A stretch of 64,000 nucleotides of DNA. Origin: Candidatus Alectryobacillus sp. Its GTDB lineage: Bacteria > Bacillota_I > Bacilli_A > RFN20 > CAG-826. Within the stretch, counting starts at the first letter, position 1. The number at the start of each line of letters is the position of its first letter. Positions 54,614-62,585 of this stretch are shown in pieces. Both the position numbers and the translations under genes were made by a program. Location: positions 35,297-99,296 of the forward strand of contig DAINNH010000003.1 in the NCBI GenBank assembly GCA_036735985.1. The letters run 5' to 3'. A model generated the notes under the pieces. The model worked only from the letters and a program-made list of their open reading frames with translations, ran no database searches and was not told the origin of the DNA.

Positions 54614-55471
54614 ATGAGTGTAGAATTGTTTACTGATTCTTTATGTGACATTACCCCAGATTTAATTGAAGCCTGGAAGCTTCACGTTGTACCATTACTT
54701 GTCTATTTTAAGGGGGATTCGAAGACTTATTTTGATGGAGAAGTCACTCCTGAAGAAATATATAAAATTGCTAATAAAGGTAAAAATATTCCAAATACAG
54801 CCGCTGTTACTCCTGAAGCTTTTATTGAAGCTTTTAAAGCTGAAATCGATAAAGGTAACAAAATTATTTATTTAGGTTGTGGTAGTGGTATTTCTAGTAC
54901 TTATCAAAATTCTGTTATCGCCTCTCGCGAATTTAAAGATGGGGAAGTAACATGTATTGACTCCCGTCAATTATCAACCGGCATTTCTTTACTTCTTCAT
55001 AAGATTCGTATTATGATTGATGCTAATATTGATGTCCCGAGCATTGTTACAACTATTGAATCATATATTCCTCGTTTATCAGTTAAATTTTGTGTTGATA
55101 AGATGGATTATCTTTATCATGGTGGCAGATGTTCTTCATTAGCATATATTTTTGGTTCCTCTTTACATATCCACCCTATTATTCAAATGGCTAATAATAA
55201 AATGACAGTTAAAGCGAAAACTCGTGGCGCTTATGTAAAAGCTCTTGATTACCAAATTGATGAGTTTATGAAAGATTTACCAAATATTGATCTAGATTGT
55301 GTTTTCATTACGCATAGTGCAGGTGAAGGTTATGATGCCTATAAATATGTTTATGAAAAACTTAAACCATACGTGCCAGAAGGCAACCTTCATATAACAA
55401 CTTCCCATTGTGTTGTTTCTTCGCATTGCGGACCACACACTCTTGGAATTTTGTATTTATTAAAGAAATAA
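54614..55471 (+). CDS. degV: DegV-family fatty-acid-binding protein
   Basis: 285 aa starting ELFTDSLCDITPDLIEAW, with a typical DegV length and pattern. SD GGAGATGG is present. Confidence 0.88.
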   Translation: MSVELFTDSLCDITPDLIEAWKLHVVPLLVYFKGDSKTYFDGEVTPEEIYKIANKGKNIPNTAAVTPEAFIEAFKAEIDKGNKIIYLGCGSGISSTYQNSVIASREFKDGEVTCIDSRQLSTGISLLLHKIRIMIDANIDVPSIVTTIESYIPRLSVKFCVDKMDYLYHGGRCSSLAYIFGSSLHIHPIIQMANNKMTVKAKTRGAYVKALDYQIDEFMKDLPNIDLDCVFITHSAGEGYDAYKYVYEKLKPYVPEGNLHITTSHCVVSSHCGPHTLGILYLLKK

Positions 55472-55480
55472 TTAAAAAGA

Positions 55481-55512
55481 AAAGTGGATTGCTGAGCAAT
55501 CCACTTATTTTT
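55481..55512 (+). terminator. bidirectional terminator (degV / pmbA)
   Basis: Perfect 10-bp stem AGTGGATTGC (55483-55492) / GCAATCCACT (55496-55505), followed by TATTTTT. Confidence 0.75.
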
Positions 55513-55534
55513 ATTTTATTCGGAAACGGTAGAG

Positions 55535-56854
55535 TTATTTACCACCAATCGCAAGTTTTTTAACAAGCATTGCTGGGGTATAAATCATTTGAGTAGTTTC
55601 TTCTGAATCTTTACCAACTTCTTTTACGTCTTGTAGTAACTTAAAGAGGTTACCAGAGACTGTAATTAAGTTTAATGATTCAGCTAATTTACCATCACGA
55701 ATATAGAAGCCATTTGCCTGTAAGGAGAAATCACCAGATTGAGGATTTAAACCAGTTCCAATACCTTCAACTTCGGTGATATAAACACCTTCGCCAGCCT
55801 TTTCACATAAGCCTTCAAAAGTTTGTTTTCCTGGTTTAACAACTAAACGGAAAGCCGAAATACCTATCTTTGAACCCATGGCTGCACCGTTACCGGTAGT
55901 TTCAACGCCATCTTTAGCGGCAGTTTCAAGGTTGTATAAATAAGTTTTAAGAACGCCATTTTTAATGATGTCTTTGTTTTTGCAAGCAACACCTTCATCA
56001 TCGAAACTTGTGAAGAAAATTGATTTATCAACTGGGCGATCACTAATTGTGACACGGGAAGAAGCGATTTTTTGTCCTACTTTTCCTTCTAATACTGAAG
56101 ATTTCTTTTGGATTTCTTCAGCACTTGCTGATGAAATAGTAGCATCTACTAAAACTGAAACAACGGCTGGACTAAGAACTACTGGGTAATTTTTGCTAGC
56201 GCATTGAGTAGAATTAAACTTTGAAACAGTTTCTTTAACGGCTTTTGCGGCTAATTCATCAATATTAATTTTTGAAAAATCGTTATCGATCACAAAACTA
56301 TAGTTTTGTTTTGTCTCTTCGCCCGCACGGGCCACAATTGAAATATAGACAAAGAAATAATTGCTTTTGCTCTTTAATTTTAAGCCCTTAGAATTTTGAA
56401 GTGTCTTCTCACCGGAGGTTTCAGAATATTCAACTTCGATATCACTAATACGAGCATCAAGAGTTTTAGCTTTTGCACTAAGAGCTTTTAATTTTTCAAT
56501 TTTCTTTTCAGCTGGAAGTTCTTCTAACTCATTATTGAAAGGTTTAAATTTCTTATATTTTGGTGAGCCTTCAAACAAAATAGCTGGATCATCTTTTTCA
56601 ATTATTTTGGCATCATCCAAAATTTCATTAACAAGAAAAGTTGGTGTAAGTTTGTCATCTTTATTAGTAAACGCAGAAGCAAATTTACCATTAACAATTC
56701 CACGAGCACGAATCGATGTTGAATCGGCAATAGTGAAGTGTTCAACTTCGCCATTAAATAAGGATACTTCAAGCTTCTTACTCTTACGGGAAGTAACTTC
56801 AGAAGATTCAATTCCCTTTTCTTTAGCTAATTCAAAGAATTTGTTTGTTTTCAT
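55535..56854 (-). CDS. pmbA: PmbA/TldE-family metalloprotease partner subunit
   Basis: 439 aa. TldD/PmbA family without the HExxxH motif. Overlaps the tldD stop by 4 nt. Confidence 0.85.
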   Translation of the reverse strand: MKTNKFFELAKEKGIESSEVTSRKSKKLEVSLFNGEVEHFTIADSTSIRARGIVNGKFASAFTNKDDKLTPTFLVNEILDDAKIIEKDDPAILFEGSPKYKKFKPFNNELEELPAEKKIEKLKALSAKAKTLDARISDIEVEYSETSGEKTLQNSKGLKLKSKSNYFFVYISIVARAGEETKQNYSFVIDNDFSKINIDELAAKAVKETVSKFNSTQCASKNYPVVLSPAVVSVLVDATISSASAEEIQKKSSVLEGKVGQKIASSRVTISDRPVDKSIFFTSFDDEGVACKNKDIIKNGVLKTYLYNLETAAKDGVETTGNGAAMGSKIGISAFRLVVKPGKQTFEGLCEKAGEGVYITEVEGIGTGLNPQSGDFSLQANGFYIRDGKLAESLNLITVSGNLFKLLQDVKEVGKDSEETTQMIYTPAMLVKKLAIGGK

Positions 56855-58251
56855 TTAAGTTCTCCTCCTCTTCCACCAACAAGAATTTCTTTAACACGTA
56901 ATGTTGGTTGTCCAACGTTTACAGGAATTGAGCCGCTTGAGGCGCCACAATTTCCTTGACCAAAAGCACAGTCGTTAGCAACCATATCGATTTGGTGAAG
57001 TATTTCGTTGCCTTTACCAATTAATGTGGCGCCTCTAACAGGCTCACAAATTTTTCCATCACGAATAATATAGGCTTCGCTTGTAGTGAAGTTAAATTCA
57101 CCTGTAGCTGGATTGACACTGCCACCACTGAATGAAACGGCATATAATCCGAGTTTAGTAGCTTTAATTATTTCTTCTGGTGTTGATTTACCATTAGCGA
57201 TGTATGTATTTGTCATTCTTGAGATAGGTTCGAAAGTATAGTTTTGTCTTCTTGAAGAGCCTGATTCTTTATAACCCATACGACGACCGCAGAACTCATC
57301 AACCATAAAGTCTTTTAAAACGCCATTTTTAATGAGGCAAGTTTTATGTGGGTGGTGACCTTCATCATCCATATTCATTGAACCCCATTCGTTTGGAAGG
57401 GTGCCATCATCATAAGCGGAAACAACGTCGCTTGCGACTTTGGTTCCGACCATTTCTTTTGTAAAACAAGATAAGCCTTTGCTTACAGCAGCGGCTTCAA
57501 GTGGGTGACCACATGATTCATGGAATAAAACACCGCCCCAGCCATTACCAATAACAACAGGCATTTTTCCAGCAGGAGCTTCTTTAGCATTAAGCATCTT
57601 AATGGATAATTCAGCGGTTGTACGAGCGACATCTTTGGTGTTAATTTCTTTTGTAAAAAATTCCCAACCAGCTTGTGTGCCAGGGCCACTGAATGTTGGT
57701 TCAACTTTACCTTGATCAACTGATAGAGCAAGGAAAAACATTCTACCAATGGAACGATTATCAATTAACTCTTTCCCACGGCTATTATAAATAACAACAG
57801 TTCTTAAAGTATAAAAGAAACCACTTTGTGTACGAACAATATGTGGATCGACTTCAGACATAATGATTGAATTTTCTCTTAAAACTTTCACTATTTCTTC
57901 TTTTGGAACAGATTGGAATGGTATTTCAATCTTATGAATACACTTAACGTGTTTAACTTTAAAATTTTCAACTTTGACGACTTGTGTGCCCGTAAATGAT
58001 GCTGATAAATCTTCAGCAAGTTTCACCAATGACTTATGTGATAAATCATTAGTATGAGCGTAAACAGATTGTAAACCTTTAAGAATTCTTAAACCGACAC
58101 CATTGCTTGTGGTAGTGGAACAAGTTTCTACTTTCTTGTTTTCAACACTGATACTTGAAGTTGTTGTGTCTTCAAAATAAATTTCAGCGAAATCTCCACC
58201 TGTAGCTAGGGCTTTATTTAAGACTTCTAATGCAATACTTTTAGATAACAT
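56851..58251 (-). CDS. tldD: TldD metalloprotease
   Basis: 466 aa with the HExxxH motif LFHESCGHPLE. SD GGGGGAG is present. Confidence 0.9.
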   Translation of the reverse strand: MLSKSIALEVLNKALATGGDFAEIYFEDTTTSSISVENKKVETCSTTTSNGVGLRILKGLQSVYAHTNDLSHKSLVKLAEDLSASFTGTQVVKVENFKVKHVKCIHKIEIPFQSVPKEEIVKVLRENSIIMSEVDPHIVRTQSGFFYTLRTVVIYNSRGKELIDNRSIGRMFFLALSVDQGKVEPTFSGPGTQAGWEFFTKEINTKDVARTTAELSIKMLNAKEAPAGKMPVVIGNGWGGVLFHESCGHPLEAAAVSKGLSCFTKEMVGTKVASDVVSAYDDGTLPNEWGSMNMDDEGHHPHKTCLIKNGVLKDFMVDEFCGRRMGYKESGSSRRQNYTFEPISRMTNTYIANGKSTPEEIIKATKLGLYAVSFSGGSVNPATGEFNFTTSEAYIIRDGKICEPVRGATLIGKGNEILHQIDMVANDCAFGQGNCGASSGSIPVNVGQPTLRVKEILVGGRGGELK

Positions 58252-58309
58252 TTTGTCTCCCCCTATAAAACGTATGTCTTATTCTATATCATAAAAAACC
58301 CATATTCTA

Positions 58310-58352
58310 TCAAAAATGCACAAAAAAGCGCAACTTTTTGTTTCATTTTTGA
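58310..58352. repeat. 43-bp imperfect inverted repeat in the tldD / hypothetical-gene divergent spacer
   Basis: Left arm TCAAAAATGCACAAAAAAG (58310-58328), loop CGCAA, right arm CTTTTTGTTTCATTTTTGA (58334-58352). 16 of 19 positions are complementary. Confidence 0.8.
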
Positions 58353-58420
58353 TAAAAAACCTTATTTCTAGTAATATGACTAAAAAAATAAACATGTTTT
58401 TATATCAAGTCCTTATCTTT

Positions 58421-58435
58421 TGCTATAATTATTCT
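58421..58435 (+). promoter_or_regulatory. extended -10 promoter, leaderless-type, for the hypothetical gene
   Basis: TGCTATAAT at 58421-58429, then 6 nt, then the ATG at 58436. No SD. Confidence 0.5.
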
Positions 58436-59038
58436 ATGGAAATTAAAGGGGATTATCTTTCATATATAAACTCATTAAATCTGCATTATGCAGTTTTAAG
58501 GAAGACTTTTACAAAGGAAGATATACTTCGTTATATTTCTCGAACCACTCTTAAAGATCGAATGATTAATTTTATGAGTCGATCACATTATAAACGCAAA
58601 GAATTGTTTATTTATGGAGCAATTATGTATGTCTATACTTTTAAAATTAATAATTTTGACCCTATTTATGGTAATTATACAGATACATGGGTTCTTTATT
58701 CACCCGATATTGATTTTCGTAAAGATCCAAATCTTTATAAGGAAATATCTGCGAAACTAAATGATTTTCTTGATGATAAGCTTCCTTATAAGAATAAAAA
58801 GCTTAGATCAGCCATCGCTAGTATAGAAAATTCTTATATGTATCAACCTTTACCGAAAGAAATTTCAGACAAATATGAAGTATATTATAATAACGTTTTA
58901 TGTGATAATCGTCTCTGTAAGAATATCGAGTTGGGTCTTAATTTAGCCTTTTCAAATAAGTCTTTATCCAAAGAAATGATATATGTTCCTGACGAAATAA
59001 TTGAGGATTTGCAGAAAAATAGTGAGGATTTGCACTAG
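58436..59038 (+). CDS. hypothetical soluble protein, no family recognised
   Basis: 200 aa from the ATG at 58436 (MEIKGDYLSY...). The ORF-track start at 58316 would place the promoter-like TGCTATAAT and the 43-bp inverted repeat inside the coding region. Confidence 0.6.
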   Translation: MEIKGDYLSYINSLNLHYAVLRKTFTKEDILRYISRTTLKDRMINFMSRSHYKRKELFIYGAIMYVYTFKINNFDPIYGNYTDTWVLYSPDIDFRKDPNLYKEISAKLNDFLDDKLPYKNKKLRSAIASIENSYMYQPLPKEISDKYEVYYNNVLCDNRLCKNIELGLNLAFSNKSLSKEMIYVPDEIIEDLQKNSEDLH

Positions 59039-59039
59039 T

Positions 59040-60218
59040 ATGGCAAAAATAGAATCAAAAGTCTTATTAGATTATTGCTTGAACTATTTTAAGACATTTG
59101 AAGAAGCGCCTTTGAATGAATTGGATTTTGCTGTCTTTGCAAAATTTTGCTATTTTAACTATTCTTGCTTTATTCCAAATGAGAAAGATAGTGTTTTAGT
59201 TAAAGACATTTATGATCTTTCAAAAGCTGAGAAAATTTTAAATCGTATTGCTTATAAAGAGGATGATTTTAAATTATTTGCGGCCTTTTGCGGAAACCCA
59301 CGTTTTCGTAATTTAACTATTAAGTTTTATTCCGAAAACACTAATCCAAATCTTAGCGAGCAATTTGCAGCAGTAACTTTTATTACTGAAAGCAAACAAT
59401 TTATCCTTGCTTTTAGAGGAACTGATGCAACAATTAATGGCTGGAAAGAAGATTTTGACATGTCGTTTAAATGTCCAGTTCCAAGTCAGGTATCCGCGGT
59501 AAAATATGTGGAAACCGTTGGGAAATTTGCTAGAAATGGTATGTATTTGACAGGGCATTCAAAAGGCGGAAATCTTGCAGTTTATGGATTTTTGAAAGCT
59601 AAATCCCGCATTCGAAAACGAGTATTAGGTATTTATGATTTTGATGGCCCATCTTTTGATGAATTAACTTTAAAACAAACACATTTTGAAAAATATAAGC
59701 ATTTAATTAAAAAGTATGTTCCAAGCGAAAGTTTAATTGGAATGATTTATGAGAAACCTGAAAACTGTATTGTAATTTTAAGTGACGGTTCAGGCATTCT
59801 TCAACATAATATTGTTCGTTGGAATATTTCGCTTGCTAGCCAACAATTTGTAAGAGCGGATGGAATTAAGTCATCTTATTTAAATGCAATGATATGTGTA
59901 AATGAATGGGTACAGAAATGTGATCCATCTCAAAAAGCTTTAATGGTAGACACTCTATATACAATAGTACAAGAAGCGGGCTTTAAAGATGTTAAAGAAA
60001 TTTTGCAATCAAAGATTAAATCTTTGCTAACATTAAGAAAAGAATATAAAGAAATTAGTAAAACAACCCGTGAAGAAATTGCTGCTTCTTTTAAGGATCT
60101 TTTAGGTATTTACACAAGTCATTTAACAACAAAAGATAAAAAAGTCGAAAAGCTCGATGAAATTGATACATATGATGCTATAAACGTAAAGAAAAAACAT
60201 ATCAAAGACAGAAAATAA
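59040..60218 (+). CDS. alpha/beta-hydrolase, Mbeg1-like/DUF2974 (lipase class 3-like)
   Basis: 392 aa from the ATG at 59040, after GTGAGGA. Nucleophile elbow LTGHSKGGNLA preceded by LAFRGTDATINGWKEDF. The ORF-track TTG at 59001 is rejected. Confidence 0.7.
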   Translation: MAKIESKVLLDYCLNYFKTFEEAPLNELDFAVFAKFCYFNYSCFIPNEKDSVLVKDIYDLSKAEKILNRIAYKEDDFKLFAAFCGNPRFRNLTIKFYSENTNPNLSEQFAAVTFITESKQFILAFRGTDATINGWKEDFDMSFKCPVPSQVSAVKYVETVGKFARNGMYLTGHSKGGNLAVYGFLKAKSRIRKRVLGIYDFDGPSFDELTLKQTHFEKYKHLIKKYVPSESLIGMIYEKPENCIVILSDGSGILQHNIVRWNISLASQQFVRADGIKSSYLNAMICVNEWVQKCDPSQKALMVDTLYTIVQEAGFKDVKEILQSKIKSLLTLRKEYKEISKTTREEIAASFKDLLGIYTSHLTTKDKKVEKLDEIDTYDAINVKKKHIKDRK

Positions 60219-60230
60219 TTATCTATTATT

Positions 60231-60245
60231 TGGTATAATAAATAC
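60231..60245 (+). promoter_or_regulatory. extended -10 promoter, leaderless-type, for addB-addA
   Basis: TGGTATAAT at 60231-60239, then 6 nt, then the ATG at 60246. No SD. Confidence 0.5.
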
Positions 60246-62585
60246 ATGGCTTTTACTTTCAGCAAAAATATTTCATATATTATTATTGCAGATCATGTTT
60301 ATCATGATACTCTTTTGAAATACAAAAAAACGCATTCTGATATTCGCTTTAAATTAATGACCCCAACTGGATTTATTTCGTCATTTGTTACCTTTGATAT
60401 TGATGAAACTATATCTTATTTAATTTCGAAAGAACATTTAAATTATAAAAGTGCCAAAGACATGCTTAAAGTTTTACCTTTCATTGATGAAAACGGAACA
60501 AGTAAATATTGCTTACTGAAAAAGAGAATTATCGAAAATGGGCTTTTCAAATACGACCCATTTGGAAAACAGCTTTTGGTTGGGAAAGAAATTATCAATT
60601 TTGAATTAAAAAATAACGTTGATATTCAAACATTTGAAAAAAGTCTTGGTATTAGTGCTGTAAATCTTGAGCTTTTGGAACTTTATATTTTTTCCCAAAA
60701 AGATTTAATTTGCTATGCTTTTAAAAATAGCACCTTCATGTTTAATTATGTTTTTAGTGATATTAGAGCCAAAATAATTAACAAGGAATTGAATGTCGAC
60801 GACATTGTTGTCCTTTGTGATGTTCAATCATACAATCTACAGTTAGAATTTTTTGCTAATCTTTATAAACTTCCAATTCATTTAAAAAAACAAACGTTAT
60901 TATTTTCGTATCCGACTGTTCAAGATTATTTGCAAAAATGCTATGATTCAAAAACAATCGAAACATTTGTGACAAACGAACCTTATATGAGCGAGGTCAT
61001 GTCTTTAATTCGTAGATATTCCTTAAACGTTTTTAAAGATTTTAATGAGGGATTTGCAAGGTTATCGGAGATATTAAAGAATAATTCTCTTGAAATAGAA
61101 ACCGGAAACGGAATTGAAGTTACCAACGAAATCTCTTTTAATGATTCCAAACATTATTATGTTTTAAACTTCCAATATGGAGACTTTTACAAAATTTTTG
61201 ATGATAGTAATTATCTTTTTGATTATGAATTAAGCGAATTAAATCTAAATACAAGTTTTAATAACACAAAACAAGATGAAGTTAAGAAGAAAAATTTTAT
61301 CTTCTTTAACAATATTCAATTTTTATCTTTTGCTATGGCTCATCTAGTTGATAAAATTTATAAATCTCAATTTATTGATGAACTTCATATTCCTCTAATG
61401 TTTGTAAATGAAAGCAATGAAAATGGAATTTACACAACAGAAGGTCGTCTTTTTACTGACTGCCTATATCGTGACAAAGGCAAACTTAAAGCAACCGAAT
61501 ATTATAAATCATATAACAACGAATTTACTAACAGCAAAGTTAAAGGTATTGTTACTAAATTTAGTCCAAGTGCCTTTAATTCTTATGTTGAGTGTCATTT
61601 TAAATATTATCTCGATAATATTGTGAAAGTTAATGATCCAGACGATAAATATGCAGCATCTTTAGGCACGCTTTTGCATGGAGTATTGGAGAAATTTTAT
61701 AGTGAAGATTTTAACTATGAAAAAGTTTTCGAAGACATGGTTAACGAACAATTTCCTAATATTGACCCACGAACTAGATTGTTTATGGATGTAATTAAAG
61801 ATAATTTCAAAAACACCATATCTTTCCTTGCTCTCCAGCAAGAAAAAGTAAAATTCCTAAAACAACCTTTAACTGAAAAATTTGAAACGATGTATATTCA
61901 ATCAAAAACTATTCCAGGCAATGAATACAAAATTAATGGCCAAGTCGATAAAGTTCTTTTTACTGGTGATGCCGATCATAAATACTTTACAATCGTTGAC
62001 TATAAATCAGGCAATAACGACTACATAATTCCAAAATTATTTAAAATTGGTTATTCTTTGCAGCTACCTCTTTATATGATGTTCCTTAATAAAGATTTTA
62101 AAGAGATATACCGACCAGGTGGTATATTTCTGCAAAAAATTTACCAACAACCTAAAGTTAAAGATGCTGGAACGTTTATTACAGAACAAGATTATTATAA
62201 AAATATTAAACTTCATGGTCTTTGTGTAAGTGATATTAAGTATTCTGAAACTTTTGATGCTGAACGTATTACTAAGAAGCATTCTGTCGGTCCGTATGGC
62301 GCCTTTACGGGTGCGGCTAGCAATCACGAGATATTTTTCACTTTAAATTCCAATGAATTAGATTCGACTCATTTACAAGATTATTATTTCTATATAGAAG
62401 ATGGTGCGCTAAACGTTATGGATTCAATCTATAGCGGTGACTTTTCTATCCAACCTTTCTCCGCAAAAAATGGAATTAATCCTTGTAAGTTCTGTAATTA
62501 TCATGACATTTGTTTTAGTGATAAGAATCTATATACGATAAGTGATGTTAGCGATGATGAGGAGGATGAAAGCGAAAATGAATAA
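60246..62585 (+). CDS. addB: AddB/RexB-type helicase-nuclease subunit B (short form)
   Basis: 779 aa. The C-terminal PD-(D/E)XK nuclease has DYKSG, and the four-Cys iron-staple pattern is C(VECHF)...CKFCNYHDIC (CxxCx5C). No N-terminal Walker A was seen. Overlaps the addA start by 8 nt. Confidence 0.8.
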   Translation: MAFTFSKNISYIIIADHVYHDTLLKYKKTHSDIRFKLMTPTGFISSFVTFDIDETISYLISKEHLNYKSAKDMLKVLPFIDENGTSKYCLLKKRIIENGLFKYDPFGKQLLVGKEIINFELKNNVDIQTFEKSLGISAVNLELLELYIFSQKDLICYAFKNSTFMFNYVFSDIRAKIINKELNVDDIVVLCDVQSYNLQLEFFANLYKLPIHLKKQTLLFSYPTVQDYLQKCYDSKTIETFVTNEPYMSEVMSLIRRYSLNVFKDFNEGFARLSEILKNNSLEIETGNGIEVTNEISFNDSKHYYVLNFQYGDFYKIFDDSNYLFDYELSELNLNTSFNNTKQDEVKKKNFIFFNNIQFLSFAMAHLVDKIYKSQFIDELHIPLMFVNESNENGIYTTEGRLFTDCLYRDKGKLKATEYYKSYNNEFTNSKVKGIVTKFSPSAFNSYVECHFKYYLDNIVKVNDPDDKYAASLGTLLHGVLEKFYSEDFNYEKVFEDMVNEQFPNIDPRTRLFMDVIKDNFKNTISFLALQQEKVKFLKQPLTEKFETMYIQSKTIPGNEYKINGQVDKVLFTGDADHKYFTIVDYKSGNNDYIIPKLFKIGYSLQLPLYMMFLNKDFKEIYRPGGIFLQKIYQQPKVKDAGTFITEQDYYKNIKLHGLCVSDIKYSETFDAERITKKHSVGPYGAFTGAASNHEIFFTLNSNELDSTHLQDYYFYIEDGALNVMDSIYSGDFSIQPFSAKNGINPCKFCNYHDICFSDKNLYTISDVSDDEEDESENE

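Noticed and set aside
58316-58435. ORF-track extension of the hypothetical gene, and similar extensions at 59001 (TTG), 18427 (TTG), 23263, 7413, 10809 (TTG), 27723 (TTG) and 36261 (TTG).
   Set aside because: The extensions run through promoter elements, inverted repeats or the upstream gene. Internal ATGs with an SD or a -10 context give family-typical N-termini.
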